The position numbers and the translations under genes were made by a program. Shown here one piece after another: positions 1 through 12,031 of a stretch of 64,000 nt of DNA. The notes beneath the pieces were generated by a model that was given only the letters and a program-made list of their open reading frames with translations, made no database searches and was not told the origin of the DNA. The stretch covers positions 268,665-332,664 of the forward strand of contig CAZGVO010000002.1 of the NCBI GenBank assembly GCA_964529175.1, written 5' to 3'. Numbering within the stretch: the stretch's first letter is position 1; the number at the start of each line of letters is the position of its first letter. Source of the stretch: an uncultured Bifidobacterium sp. (GTDB taxonomy: Bacteria; Bacteroidota; Bacteroidia; UKL13-3).

Positions 1-173
1 CTAGGTTCAACTTGCAAGGTATTTAATTTGGCAGCAATCGATTTTTCAAAATTATCGGCCGGTAAATTTTGGGCAATATTGTCCCATAAGGCCTCATTTG
101 GTTTGGCCTCAAAACTGTCGAACTGCTCTTTTAGCTGTTTTTCAAATTTATCTTGGTTGTTCAAATGGTTCAT
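1..173 (-). CDS. Anti-sigma factor-like protein, N-terminal fragment (continues beyond window start)
   Basis: Minus-strand ATG at 173-171 overlaps the sigma gene stop. My translation gives MNHLNNQDKFEKQLKEQFDSFEAKPNEALWDNIAQNLPADNFEKSIAAKLNTLQVEP and stays open to position 1. This is the usual layout downstream of an ECF sigma gene in Bacteroidetes. Confidence 0.4.
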   Translation of the reverse strand, partial: MNHLNNQDKFEKQLKEQFDSFEAKPNEALWDNIAQNLPADNFEKSIAAKLNTLQVEP

Positions 174-711
174 TTAAAATATTGTAATGTTTGGTAAGTG
201 CTTTTTTCATCCAATCGCGGGCACGAGCATACTGCGATTTACTGGTTCCAATTGCAATTCCAAGCTGTTCGCCTATTTCTTTATGTGTAAATCCTTCAAT
301 GGCATATAAGTTAAAAATTAACCTATAGCCATCGGGCATTTGCTGCACAAAAGCTAAAATTTCCTTAACCGAAATTTTTGAAACTACATCGTCATCGTAT
401 TTGGCATCATAATCTTGCACATCTAAATCTTCTTTAAAATGACGAAGCCTATGTTTATACAAATTAATAGCGTTGAAAACCACCACGCGCCTAACCCAAC
501 CTTCAAAATTGCCTTCGCCTCGGTAAGTATGTATGCTTTGAAATAATTTAATAAAACTTTCTTGCAACATATCTTCGGCTTCGGCCCTGTCTTTGGCATA
601 GCGCATGCAAACTCCCAGCATTTTTGATGCAAAATGGTCGTAAAAAGCCTTTTGAGCTTTTCTGTCGCCTTCTTTGCAACCTATAATCATATCTTCAATA
701 GAAAGATTCAT
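148..711 (-). CDS. RNA polymerase ECF-type sigma-70 factor
   Basis: 187 aa. Sigma-70 region 2 and region 4 patterns are visible (FYDHF...AEDMLQESFIKLF..., helix-turn-helix EIGEQLGIAIGTSKSQ). Size is typical of an ECF sigma. Confidence 0.85.
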   Translation of the reverse strand: MNLSIEDMIIGCKEGDRKAQKAFYDHFASKMLGVCMRYAKDRAEAEDMLQESFIKLFQSIHTYRGEGNFEGWVRRVVVFNAINLYKHRLRHFKEDLDVQDYDAKYDDDVVSKISVKEILAFVQQMPDGYRLIFNLYAIEGFTHKEIGEQLGIAIGTSKSQYARARDWMKKALTKHYNILNEPFEQPR

Positions 712-801
712 GCTTTAGTTTGGTAATTTTTAAAAATAACTTTGGTTAAGTTACACATTAGTCAAATAAACCAATGGTAGCGGTTGCACAATACTATTAA
801 A

Positions 802-1509
802 TTATTTAATATTTTTTGCTAAAAGGTGTTTTATTACATGCAATAAAGTTTCTTTTACAGGGTAAGTATGTTTGGTCTCGGCTGCAAATGTGGCGGGATT
901 TGGAAGTTTGGTTCGGTGTTTTATTAAACTGATTTTTATATTTTCTAGTGTGTTTGAAATTCCATATTGAAAAGTTTCAACAAAGGTTGTATTAACAGCT
1001 TTGTAAGTGTCAAACTTGTTTTCAAAAAGCTTAACTGAGTATTCATACACATCTACTTGGGGTTTCATACCATCTTTTAAAAGCAAATATCCCTCTTGTT
1101 GATACAATGGTAAAATGCCAATTGGGTAAAATTCAATTTCGTGTTCTATAAATTCATAAATTTCTTTCCCCACATCCAATTGTTGTTTAATTTTAGGCAA
1201 GGCAAACCCAATAATTTCAGAAATAACCTCCATTACAGCATCATCGGTTACTACTTTTTTATACAATACTTTAAAATTGGCTAAATCTAGTGCATCTATG
1301 CGCTCAGGAAAATCGTGGTATAAGTTGTTTTTTTGATCCATAAAACGCTTTAACAACCGGTAATGATTAACCAATTCGTTTAATTGCGGATACAGTTTAA
1401 TTTGGGTAAAATGCTTATCTACATCTTGCAAATAAGCTAGCAATACGTATTTTTTGTACTCTAGGTCAAGTAAATCTTCAAAAAACCAGTTTGATGATAA
1501 AGTTTTCAT
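802..1509 (-). CDS. hypothetical protein
   Basis: 235 aa uninterrupted ORF. No signal peptide and no motif I recognise. Confidence 0.45.
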   Translation of the reverse strand: MKTLSSNWFFEDLLDLEYKKYVLLAYLQDVDKHFTQIKLYPQLNELVNHYRLLKRFMDQKNNLYHDFPERIDALDLANFKVLYKKVVTDDAVMEVISEIIGFALPKIKQQLDVGKEIYEFIEHEIEFYPIGILPLYQQEGYLLLKDGMKPQVDVYEYSVKLFENKFDTYKAVNTTFVETFQYGISNTLENIKISLIKHRTKLPNPATFAAETKHTYPVKETLLHVIKHLLAKNIK

Positions 1510-1797
1510 AGCAGTAATTGATTATATTTTACAATCGTAAAAATAAAAAAAATAGTTTTAAAAAAATAAATGCTCATGTAAGCAATTACGCTCTTTTGAC
1601 AATTTTTCAGCCTTTTGTCAAAAATTTTGTCAAACGTAATCTGCCAAAAATCAAGGGTATTAAAAATTGGGGCTGTGTAAGGTTGAAAATTTGTCATACA
1701 AAACCGCAATGGCACAATAAGTGCTAAACACCAATTGTAAACTTAATTATTTAGGTTTATGTATAATTATTCAAAAATTTAAAACAAAACAAATAAT

Positions 1798-2073
1798 ATG
1801 TCAGTATCATTAAAACCATTAGCCGACAGAGTGTTGGTGGAGCCAGCACCGGCAGAAGAAAAAACAATTGGTGGAATTATCATTCCAGACACAGCTAAAG
1901 AAAAACCGCAAAGAGGTATTGTTGTGGCAGCAGGAGCAGGAAAAAAAGATGAGCCTATGACTGTTAAGCCTGGCGATAGCGTATTGTACGGTAAATATGC
2001 TGGAACCGAAGTTACCGTTGATGGTAAAGAGTATTTAATTATGCGCGAAAGCGATATTTTTGCTATAGTATAG
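1798..2073 (+). CDS. groES: co-chaperonin GroES
   Basis: 91 aa ([14 protein letters not shown]...[16 protein letters not shown]...). Lies immediately upstream of groEL. Confidence 0.95.
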   Translation: MSVSLKPLADRVLVEPAPAEEKTIGGIIIPDTAKEKPQRGIVVAAGAGKKDEPMTVKPGDSVLYGKYAGTEVTVDGKEYLIMRESDIFAIV

Positions 2074-2121
2074 CAATTAATTGTTGTCCCGATAGCTATC
2101 GGGAGTCAGTTGATAGAGTAA

Positions 2122-3816
<1,695 letters not shown>

Positions 3817-3844
3817 TAAAGTGCGGAATGCGAGGTGCGAAGTA

Positions 3845-3912
3845 GAGACGTTGCACGCAACGTCTTTAAATTATAAAACCCGAATCATCATTTTGATGGT
3901 TCGGGTTTTTTA
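3845..3912. terminator. bidirectional rho-independent terminator between groEL and convergent gene
   Basis: Hairpin agacgttg-cacg-caacgtct, followed by a 12-bp stem cccgaatcatca/tgatggttcggg and a T-run 3906-3911. An A-run lies upstream on the opposite strand. Confidence 0.7.
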
Positions 3913-3952
3913 TTGGAAAGCGGTTCGATTTTTTTATAAATTACTTTTTCAA

Positions 3953-4807
3953 TTATTTAGCTGAAGCAATCAATTTTTCAGCTTGTTTAATATAACTATC
4001 ATCTTTGTCTTCAGTAGCCATTTTAATTACTAAATTGGCAGTTTCAATAGCACCTTTTTTATCGTTAAGTTTTAACTGAATTTTTGCTTTTAATAAAACT
4101 ATCCAATATGCTTTAGGGTACGAAGCCATTGCTTTTTCTGTCCACTCAAGAGCAGTTTTTAAATCGCGGTTGGTTTCGTAGTAATAGCTTGCAGCCTGAA
4201 AGTAAGGACGGTTGTCTTTAACCACACTGCTTTCAATGTTTTTCATTATTTTACTGTCAATTTCGGTCATTACTGCAAACATTACTTTGGTGTTTTCCCA
4301 CATCAATTCAATATTGGCCGAAGTAGCTGTAACATCAGCCACACCCATGGTAAAAGTTTCTACTTTGTTGCTCATAGCCATGGTTTTAACTTTAAAGCGT
4401 AACACTTCGTTTTCCATTTTATAATCAGCTACATTGCCACCTAAAGTTAGGTCTTTATAAAGCATTATTTCCCAGCTTTCTTTGTTTGGAATAGAGTAAA
4501 TGGCATAAGTGCCCGCTTTTACTTCGGTTCCTTCTACTTTTACATCATCGCCAAAAGTAATTTTTGTGGCGCTATTTGCTCCAGTACGCCATACTTTTCC
4601 AAAAGGAACTACATCGCCAAAAACCACACGATTTTTTGCACCAGGGCGTGAGTAATCAATTGTAATTTCTGATAAGCCAAACGCTTGTTTAATGGTTTGT
4701 GAAGGACTAGCTGCTGGCACTTTTAATTGCTGTGCAATAACATTGGTTGATAAAGCTGCTGTTAGCATAAAAGCTGCAGCTATCGATTTCATTTTGTTTA
4801 GTAACAT
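3953..4807 (-). CDS. secreted DUF2911-like protein with C-terminal TPR-like region
   Basis: 284 aa with a signal peptide (MKSIAAAFMLTAALSTNVIA). Resemblance to the DUF2911 family of Bacteroidetes comes from memory only. Confidence 0.45.
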   Translation of the reverse strand: MLLNKMKSIAAAFMLTAALSTNVIAQQLKVPAASPSQTIKQAFGLSEITIDYSRPGAKNRVVFGDVVPFGKVWRTGANSATKITFGDDVKVEGTEVKAGTYAIYSIPNKESWEIMLYKDLTLGGNVADYKMENEVLRFKVKTMAMSNKVETFTMGVADVTATSANIELMWENTKVMFAVMTEIDSKIMKNIESSVVKDNRPYFQAASYYYETNRDLKTALEWTEKAMASYPKAYWIVLLKAKIQLKLNDKKGAIETANLVIKMATEDKDDSYIKQAEKLIASAK

Positions 4808-4943
4808 GTTTTGTTTGTTTTTAAATTTGGGTCAATATTAATAGTTCAAAGTTAATATACTGAGTCAAACTTTTAAATTAACATATTGTTTCATTAAAAA
4901 CATTCCTAATTATAGTTATTTTGCAGCCCATATTTATTTACCA

Positions 4944-5963
4944 ATGATTAATTCTAAAATCTTTAAAGTACAGCAAGCACTAATTTTTGTTGGAATTATT
5001 TTAACATTTATTGCCTGTGGCAATGATAATAATAACAATAAAACCACTACCAGTTCAGCACCCAATACCGAACCAATAACAGAAGCGGCTAAACAAATTA
5101 GCCCTAATTTTAATGCTGATTCAGCATATTATTTTATGCAAAAACAAGTTGATTTTGGTCCAAGAATTACGGCAAGTTCAGCTAGTTTAAAATGTGCTGA
5201 TTATATAGCTGCGCAATTTGAAAAATTTGGAGCAACAGTAGTAAAACAAAAAGGAACTGTTACTAATTGGGATAAACGTAAATTAAATATTGTAAATATC
5301 ATTGCTCAAACCAATCCAAAGGCGAGTAAACGTATTTTAATTACAGCACATTGGGATAGCCGCCCTTATGCCGATAACGACCCAGTGGAAGCTAATAAAA
5401 CCAAACCTGTTTTAGCTGCCGATGATGGTGCAAGTGGAATAGGAGTGATGCTTGAAATGGCAAGAATTATACAAGCCAATAAATTAGATATTGGCGTTGA
5501 TTTTATGTGTTTTGATGCTGAGGATTTAGGTAAACCTGAGTTTGAAGACTCCTATTGTTTAGGAACTCAATATTGGGGAAAAAACCAAGTGCCATTAAAT
5601 TACAAAGCGCAGTATGCCATTAACTTAGATATGGTTGGAGGTAAAGGAGCTAAATTTGTTTGGGAAAATAACAGTGTAACTCAAGGCGAAAGTATTTTAC
5701 GTTTGGTTTGGGGGAAAGCGGCTTTGCTAGGTAATTCAAACACTTTTCAGTTTTTACAAAGTGGCGCAATTATCGATGATCATGTTTATGTAAATAAATA
5801 TACCCAAATTCCTGCTATAGATATTATTCATTATAACCAAGAAACTGGCTTTCCTGCTTGGTGGCATACCGTTAACGATAATATGAACAATATTGATCAA
5901 AATACCCTAAAAGCAGTTGGCCAAACATTGTTGGAAGTTATCTATACCGAAACTGCTAAATAG
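4944..5963 (+). CDS. M28 family peptidase (glutaminyl-cyclase-like) lipoprotein
   Basis: 339 aa with lipoprotein signal (FIACGNDNN). M28 zinc-ligand motifs are present: HWDSRPYAD, DDGASGIGVMLEMAR, FDAEDLG. Confidence 0.7.
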   Translation: MINSKIFKVQQALIFVGIILTFIACGNDNNNNKTTTSSAPNTEPITEAAKQISPNFNADSAYYFMQKQVDFGPRITASSASLKCADYIAAQFEKFGATVVKQKGTVTNWDKRKLNIVNIIAQTNPKASKRILITAHWDSRPYADNDPVEANKTKPVLAADDGASGIGVMLEMARIIQANKLDIGVDFMCFDAEDLGKPEFEDSYCLGTQYWGKNQVPLNYKAQYAINLDMVGGKGAKFVWENNSVTQGESILRLVWGKAALLGNSNTFQFLQSGAIIDDHVYVNKYTQIPAIDIIHYNQETGFPAWWHTVNDNMNNIDQNTLKAVGQTLLEVIYTETAK

Positions 5964-6036
5964 TTGATAGCAAGTTTTTTGTGTATTATTTTAGTTTTAT
6001 GTGAATTAGGTATTTGGGCAGTTATCGTGCATTATT

Positions 6037-6696
6037 ATGACAAACGAAAAAATATTTAAACAAGTACTAAATAAGATAGACGAGTTGGTCGAAATTGCCA
6101 AACGTAAAAAATGGAAAATTACACTTAAGCCGTTTATTGATAAACCAGCGACAATTAAAGAGATAAATGCGGTTGAAAGTCAAATTGGACTGACAATACC
6201 AAATGACTTAAAAGAATTGTTTCTATTATCGAGACATGTAGAATTTAGATATCAATTTCGCGAAACATTATCAGAGGAGTTTAGTCAAAATTTTTCAGGT
6301 GACATTTATTGGAACTTAAACTCGTTGGCAGAGCAAAGTGCAAATTTTGGAGAATGGATTAAAGCATCGTTAGACCCCAAATATAATGACCAAGAAATAA
6401 TTGACGTAACTAAAAAAATCTGGAGAGACAAACTGCCGCTTATACATGTTCCAAATGGCGACATCATTGCGGTTGGTAATAATCCATCAGAGGTAATTTA
6501 TTTTTCCCATGAGGGTGACAATATGCATGGTAAAATTCTTAGTAATTCATTGTGGGCTTTTCTCGATTTTTATTCTCGAATTGGATTCGCTGGTAGTGAA
6601 GACTGGCAACTTGAACCATTTTATGACTTTGAAAAAAATATAATGGTGACACATGGAGATAAGGTTGATAGATACATTCAGTTACTAGAAGAATAA
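6037..6696 (+). CDS. SMI1/KNR4 (SUKH-1) family protein
   Basis: 219 aa. The N-terminal region (KPATIKEINAVESQIGLTIPNDLKELFLLS) matches the SUKH-1 signature PPATEEEI..LE..LGI.LP.DYKEFL. Confidence 0.5.
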   Translation: MTNEKIFKQVLNKIDELVEIAKRKKWKITLKPFIDKPATIKEINAVESQIGLTIPNDLKELFLLSRHVEFRYQFRETLSEEFSQNFSGDIYWNLNSLAEQSANFGEWIKASLDPKYNDQEIIDVTKKIWRDKLPLIHVPNGDIIAVGNNPSEVIYFSHEGDNMHGKILSNSLWAFLDFYSRIGFAGSEDWQLEPFYDFEKNIMVTHGDKVDRYIQLLEE

Positions 6697-6812
6697 CGAC
6701 TACCATAAAAGGGTTGTTAGACCATATTTATTGGATTACTACAAATATCATTTCGGTATAAATATGTAATTTAAAAACTTGTTCAATAGCTAAAATTGTA
6801 ATTAATTGCAGC

Positions 6813-8363
6813 ATGAATAAGCGCGTTATACTTTTAATTTTAGATGGCTGGGGACAAGGAACCAAATACCCAGGCAATGCTATAGAATTAGCCAATACTC
6901 CAAACTTTGATAACTTAATAAAAAACAACCCGCATTGTTTATTAAAAACCAGTGGCGAATCGGTTGGATTGCCCGATGGGCAAATGGGAAACAGCGAAGT
7001 AGGTCACATGAATATTGGCGCGGGCAGAGTGGTTTACCAACAATTGGTATTGATTGATAAAATGTTTCGCGAAAATAAAGTGGCAGAAATTGCTGTGTTA
7101 AAAAATGCCATTGAATATGCCATAACCAATAACAAAAAAATCCATTTAATGGGTTTGTTAAGCGATGGTGGCGTGCATAGTAGCTTAAATCATTTAAAAG
7201 GGTTATGCACTATTTTTAAAGAAGCTAATTTTAGTAATTTTTACTTACATGCTTTTACTGATGGCCGCGATACTGACCCTAACAATGGTATCAATTATTT
7301 AAAAGATACTTTACAGCATTTAGAAAAAACCAATGGAAAATTGGCGAGTGTTATTGGTCGTTATTACGCTATGGACCGCGATAAACGTTGGGAAAGAGTA
7401 AAGTTGGCTTACGATTTAATGGTGAATGGAACTGGTGAAAAAACCAACGATATTTTAGCAACTATTCAGCAAAAATACGATGAAGGCGAAACTGATGAGT
7501 TTTTAAAACCATTGGTTTGTGTAGATAAAAATTACAATGCGCTAGCTACTATTAGTCCTGATGATGTAGTAATTTGTTTTAACTTCAGAACCGATAGAGG
7601 CCGCGAGATTACGCAAGCTTTAACGCAAGAAGATTTTGCTGAGCAGCAAATGAAAAAACTGCCTTTAAAATACATTACATTAACAGCTTACGATAAAAAC
7701 TTTAAAAACGTAGAGGTAATGTTTGCCGATATTGAGTTAAATAATACTTTAGGCGAAGTGTTAGAAACCAACAATAAAAAGCAAGTACGCATAGCCGAAA
7801 CCGAAAAATATCCGCATGTAACTTTCTTTTTTAGTGGCGGACAAGAAAAGGAATTTACTGGTGAAACACGCCACATGGCACCATCGCCAAAGGATGTTCC
7901 AACCTACGATTTTAAACCCGAAATGAATGCTGAAGGTGTTTGTCAATTTACTTTAGATGAAATAGCTAAAAATGAAGCTGATTTTATGGTAGTAAATTTT
8001 GCAAATCCAGATATGGTGGGACATACAGGCGTAATCAGTGCTGAAATAAAAGCAGTTGAAAAAGTAGATGAATGTTTAGGACGCATAGTTCCTGAAGGTT
8101 TAAAAAATGGCTACTCGTTTTTAATTACTGCCGACCATGGAAATGGTGAATTTATGCTAAACGATGATGGCTCTGCCAATACTGCGCATACCACCAACGA
8201 AGTGCCTTGTCTTCTAGTAGAAACAGAACACACACATCATTTGAATAATGGAAAATTAGCCGATTTAGCTCCAACCGTATTGGCATTAATGGGCATAAAC
8301 CAACCAATAGAAATGGATGGAAAATGCTTGATTAATAAAAACAAAGAAGCAGTGGCTTTGTAG
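6813..8363 (+). CDS. gpmI: 2,3-bisphosphoglycerate-independent phosphoglycerate mutase
   Basis: 516 aa. MNKRVILLILDGWGQG N-terminus plus metal-binding and phosphoserine regions typical of iPGM. Confidence 0.95.
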   Translation: MNKRVILLILDGWGQGTKYPGNAIELANTPNFDNLIKNNPHCLLKTSGESVGLPDGQMGNSEVGHMNIGAGRVVYQQLVLIDKMFRENKVAEIAVLKNAIEYAITNNKKIHLMGLLSDGGVHSSLNHLKGLCTIFKEANFSNFYLHAFTDGRDTDPNNGINYLKDTLQHLEKTNGKLASVIGRYYAMDRDKRWERVKLAYDLMVNGTGEKTNDILATIQQKYDEGETDEFLKPLVCVDKNYNALATISPDDVVICFNFRTDRGREITQALTQEDFAEQQMKKLPLKYITLTAYDKNFKNVEVMFADIELNNTLGEVLETNNKKQVRIAETEKYPHVTFFFSGGQEKEFTGETRHMAPSPKDVPTYDFKPEMNAEGVCQFTLDEIAKNEADFMVVNFANPDMVGHTGVISAEIKAVEKVDECLGRIVPEGLKNGYSFLITADHGNGEFMLNDDGSANTAHTTNEVPCLLVETEHTHHLNNGKLADLAPTVLALMGINQPIEMDGKCLINKNKEAVAL

Positions 8364-8638
8364 TGGATATACTCAATCGTCATTCTGTAAGAATCTCCTT
8401 TCCTTATAATCATCTTTGAATATTAGAGTTGGTTGCCAAACCAAGGAGATGCGCTGCATGACGATTGTTTTTGTTTTAAGTAAAATCCAAACGGACGCTT
8501 AAACAAGCATTGCCTATTGCCAATTGCTTATTGCCAATTATTCTTTTACCAAAAATCATTCAAAAATTTACGTTTATAAACTTATTATTGCGGGAATTTA
8601 CAGTTGGTATCAATTGTTAAAATTCAAACATTTACCCA

Positions 8639-9643
8639 ATGAAAATAGACGTTCACGCACATATTTTACCCGAATTTATGCCTAACCTTAAAGAAAAATA
8701 CGGTTATGGCGATGAGTTTATTTATTTAGATCATTTTCAGCCTGGTAGAGCTAATATGATGAAAGCCGATGGTACTTTTTTTAGAACCATTGACGATTTG
8801 TGCTGGGATCCAAAACGTATTATTGCCCATATGGACGAACATGGTGTTGATATCATGGCGCTTTCGCCTATTCCTGTTTTATTTTATTACTGGGCCAAAC
8901 CCGAACATACCCACGATTGGGCTAAATATTACAATAATTATTTGGCTAAAATTCAAGATGAAAATCCAAAACGTTTATTAGGATTAGCTACTTTGCCAAT
9001 GCAAAATGTAGATTTGGCTATTGAGGAAATGTTGCGTTGCAAATATGAGTTAGGTTTAGCTGGGGTTGAAATTGGAACGCATATAGAACATAGAAATTTG
9101 GATGACGAATATTACCATCCGTTTTTTGCAGCAGCAGAAAAAGCCGATATGCCTATTTTTGTGCATCCGTGGGATATGATGGGGCAAGATAGAATGCCTA
9201 AATATTTTTTACCATGGTTAATTGGTATGCCAGCCGAAACAAGTTTGGCTATTTGTAGCTTAATTTTTGGAGGCATTTTCGATAAATTTCCAAAAGTGCG
9301 TATTTTATTTGCTCATGGTGGAGGTTGTTTTCCGCAAACCATTGGCCGCATAAGTCATGCTTACCATGCTCGCCCCGATTTGTGTAATGTAAACAAAGTG
9401 GCCGACCCTCGCAACTATATTGATAAGTTTTACATTGACAGCTTGGTGCACGATGATGAAACATTTAAATTTTTGATAAATATGTTTGGCGCTAATAAAA
9501 TAGCCTTAGGAAGCGATTTTCCTTTTCCGCTTGGCGATTTAGAACATGGAAAATTTATTGAAAACATGAAAGAACTAACCCAAGAACAAAAAGAGCAGGT
9601 TTTATACAAAACAGCTAAAGAATGGTTAGGCTTAAAAGACTAA
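8639..9643 (+). CDS. amidohydrolase family protein (ACMSD-like decarboxylase fold)
   Basis: 334 aa. MKIDVHAHILPE start, with the HxH...H...D metal ligands spaced as in Amidohydro_2 / ACMSD. Confidence 0.75.
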   Translation: MKIDVHAHILPEFMPNLKEKYGYGDEFIYLDHFQPGRANMMKADGTFFRTIDDLCWDPKRIIAHMDEHGVDIMALSPIPVLFYYWAKPEHTHDWAKYYNNYLAKIQDENPKRLLGLATLPMQNVDLAIEEMLRCKYELGLAGVEIGTHIEHRNLDDEYYHPFFAAAEKADMPIFVHPWDMMGQDRMPKYFLPWLIGMPAETSLAICSLIFGGIFDKFPKVRILFAHGGGCFPQTIGRISHAYHARPDLCNVNKVADPRNYIDKFYIDSLVHDDETFKFLINMFGANKIALGSDFPFPLGDLEHGKFIENMKELTQEQKEQVLYKTAKEWLGLKD

Positions 9644-9694
9644 CAGATACAACTCATTGTTAAATTTTGGTTACTTATTACTAAAAACAAACAT

Positions 9695-11386
9695 TTGGAA
9701 AAGGTAATGGCACATAATTTGACTAAAAACTATTTAATTTACAAACAAAAAGAATATATGAAACGACTGGTTTTATTGGCAAACATTTTAATTGGAGGTT
9801 TTGCTTTAAATGCACAAACTTTAAACGATGGTTTAAAGGCACTTGATTTTGAGAAATTTGAACAAGCTAGAAATATTTTTAAATCAATTACTCAAAAAGA
9901 ACCTACAAATGGTGAGGCTTATTACTACTTAGGCCAAGCTTATAATAGTTTATTTAAACCTGATTCTGCTTTAATTTCGTACAATGCAGGTATTGCTGCT
10001 GCACCTAAAACTCCGCAACTGTACGCTGGTTTAGGCGAATTATTGTTAGAAGATAACAAAACTGCTGAAGCGCAAGTTCAGTTTGATAAAGCCATAGCTT
10101 TATGTAAAGATAAAAAAGATGAATTTGTAAACGCTAAAGGTTTGGTAGCTATTGGTAGCGGTATGTTAGCTGGTGAAACCAAATTATTAGCTCAAGCTTC
10201 TGCTTTAATGGAAGAGGCCTATAAAATTTCGAAAGAGGATTACGATGTATTAACTACTACTGGTGATGTATATTTAGAAATGGCCGATGGAAGCAAAGCG
10301 GCTACTTTTTATAACCGTGCTACTGTGTTAGACCCAAACAGACCAAAAGCATTTGCTAAAATTGCTTTGATTTGGATTAGGGTGAAAAATTTACAAGTAG
10401 CCAAAGAAGCTTTAGATACTGCTTTTGCTAAAGATCCAAATTATGCTACTGCATTTAAAAACCAAGCTGAGTTTTACTCTGTTCAACGTAAGTTTGCTTT
10501 GGCCAAAGAATCGTACAAAAATTACTTAAAAAACTCTGAGGTAAGTTCGGCTAATCAATTGCGTTTTGCTTTAATTTTATTCAAAGCTAAAGAATATGCT
10601 GAGGCATTAACCAATGTAGAAGAAGCTAGAGCTAATGATAAAACTAATAATATCTATATCAATCGTTTGTATGCTTACTCTTGCTACGAAGCAGGTAATT
10701 TAAAAAACGATGTGCCTACTTTTCAAAAAGGTTTAACAGCTATGGAAACTTTAATGGGCAAGGTGGCAACTGAAAAATTAACTTCAAGCGATTTTGAATA
10801 TTTAGGTAAATTACAAGCTAAAACAGGTAAAGATAGTTTGGCGTTGATTAACTTAAACAAAGCTTTAAGCATAGATGCTAATAAAACTGATGTTAAAGTT
10901 GAAATTGCTAAAATTTACAACAAACAAAAAAAATATACCGAAGCTGCTTTAATTTACGAAGAATACTTAAGCACAGCTAAAAAGGTTACTTTGATTGATA
11001 ATTTTAATATTGGTAAGTATTACAATAACGCTAAAATGTATGGTAAAGCTGATTCGGCATTTGCTAAAATAAATGTGGCTAAACCTGATTTTGCTGATGC
11101 TTGGTACCAAAGAGCTAATGTAAATGCTTCAATGGATTCGTTAATTAAAACTACTGTAGCTAAAGAATTATTTGAAAAATACATTGAAGTAGTTACAGCC
11201 GATACAGCTGCATTTAATAAACAAAAAGCAACTCTATCAAAAAATGTGGCCTCATCGTACGATTACTTAGGTTATTATTTCTTGCAAAAAGACATGAAAA
11301 ACGAATGCAAAGCCATGTACAGAAAAGCTTTAGAGTACGATCCAAGTAACAAAAATGCAATTGAAGTATTAAAGAACTTAAAGTAA
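9695..11386 (+). CDS. tetratricopeptide repeat protein, secreted
   Basis: 563 aa with many TPR-like A/Y/L repeats. The true start is probably the Met at 9758 (MKRLVLLANILIGGFALNAQ signal peptide). Confidence 0.7.
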   Translation: MEKVMAHNLTKNYLIYKQKEYMKRLVLLANILIGGFALNAQTLNDGLKALDFEKFEQARNIFKSITQKEPTNGEAYYYLGQAYNSLFKPDSALISYNAGIAAAPKTPQLYAGLGELLLEDNKTAEAQVQFDKAIALCKDKKDEFVNAKGLVAIGSGMLAGETKLLAQASALMEEAYKISKEDYDVLTTTGDVYLEMADGSKAATFYNRATVLDPNRPKAFAKIALIWIRVKNLQVAKEALDTAFAKDPNYATAFKNQAEFYSVQRKFALAKESYKNYLKNSEVSSANQLRFALILFKAKEYAEALTNVEEARANDKTNNIYINRLYAYSCYEAGNLKNDVPTFQKGLTAMETLMGKVATEKLTSSDFEYLGKLQAKTGKDSLALINLNKALSIDANKTDVKVEIAKIYNKQKKYTEAALIYEEYLSTAKKVTLIDNFNIGKYYNNAKMYGKADSAFAKINVAKPDFADAWYQRANVNASMDSLIKTTVAKELFEKYIEVVTADTAAFNKQKATLSKNVASSYDYLGYYFLQKDMKNECKAMYRKALEYDPSNKNAIEVLKNLK

Positions 11387-11407
11387 TTTAAGCCAATTTA
11401 TAAATTG

Positions 11408-11440
11408 AAAAGCTGCCCTTAAAAGGCAGCTTTTTTTATG
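11408..11440 (+). terminator. rho-independent terminator
   Basis: Stem aaagctgcc / ggcagcttt with a 7-nt loop, followed by TTTTTTT. Confidence 0.6.
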
Positions 11441-11506
11441 CACTAAAATTTTTAATAAACAATATGAAATCCAACTTGTTTAGCAAGGTATAAACACCTT
11501 ACTATT

Positions 11507-11920
11507 ATGAATATTATAAAGAAACTTATTACACTTAGCTTTTTATTATTTAGTTTAAAAAGTATTGCACAAACTGATTCTACCAAAATAAATATTAAAT
11601 ACAATTTTTTTACAGTTTATAATATTAAACAAGGTAACGAACCCATTAGTATAGAGGATTTTACTAGAATTGCTGGTAATAATGTACAAGCAGTTAAACT
11701 TATAAAAAAAGCAAAAAAACAAGCCGATTTTAGTTATTATGCAGGTATCTTAGCTGGCGTGGCAATAGGATTTTCTATTCCTTTTATTGAAAAATGGGAA
11801 CAAATACTTTTAACATCTAGCTTAGTTCCAATAGGAGTAGAAAGTTATTTGGAATATAAAAGTGTACAAAACCTTAAAAAGGCTGCCGAATTAGTAAATC
11901 AAAACAATGGTTTAAAATAG
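11507..11920 (+). CDS. hypothetical secreted/membrane protein
   Basis: 137 aa. Signal peptide (LSFLLFSLKSIAQ) and one internal hydrophobic helix. Confidence 0.4.
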   Translation: MNIIKKLITLSFLLFSLKSIAQTDSTKINIKYNFFTVYNIKQGNEPISIEDFTRIAGNNVQAVKLIKKAKKQADFSYYAGILAGVAIGFSIPFIEKWEQILLTSSLVPIGVESYLEYKSVQNLKKAAELVNQNNGLK

Positions 11921-12031
11921 CAGTGTGTTAAACATTGGTCAATATGTATGAATAAGGCAAAATTGACTATAAACTTGCATTTAAATGTTCAATTAAATGT
12001 TATAAATTGCCACTAAATCCTCAGTAAAGTT

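Noticed and set aside
1518-1727. 69 aa ORFs on both strands in the groES upstream region
   Set aside because: Lysine and asparagine-rich translations of AT-rich promoter DNA. Overlapping antisense pair. No signal or motif.
1700-1760. Possible CIRCE / HrcA operator upstream of groES, because of agtgctaa at about 1720-1727
   Set aside because: Only one half-site is present. No TTAGCACTC-N9-GAGTGCTAA inverted repeat can be built. Bacteroidetes generally lack HrcA and CIRCE.
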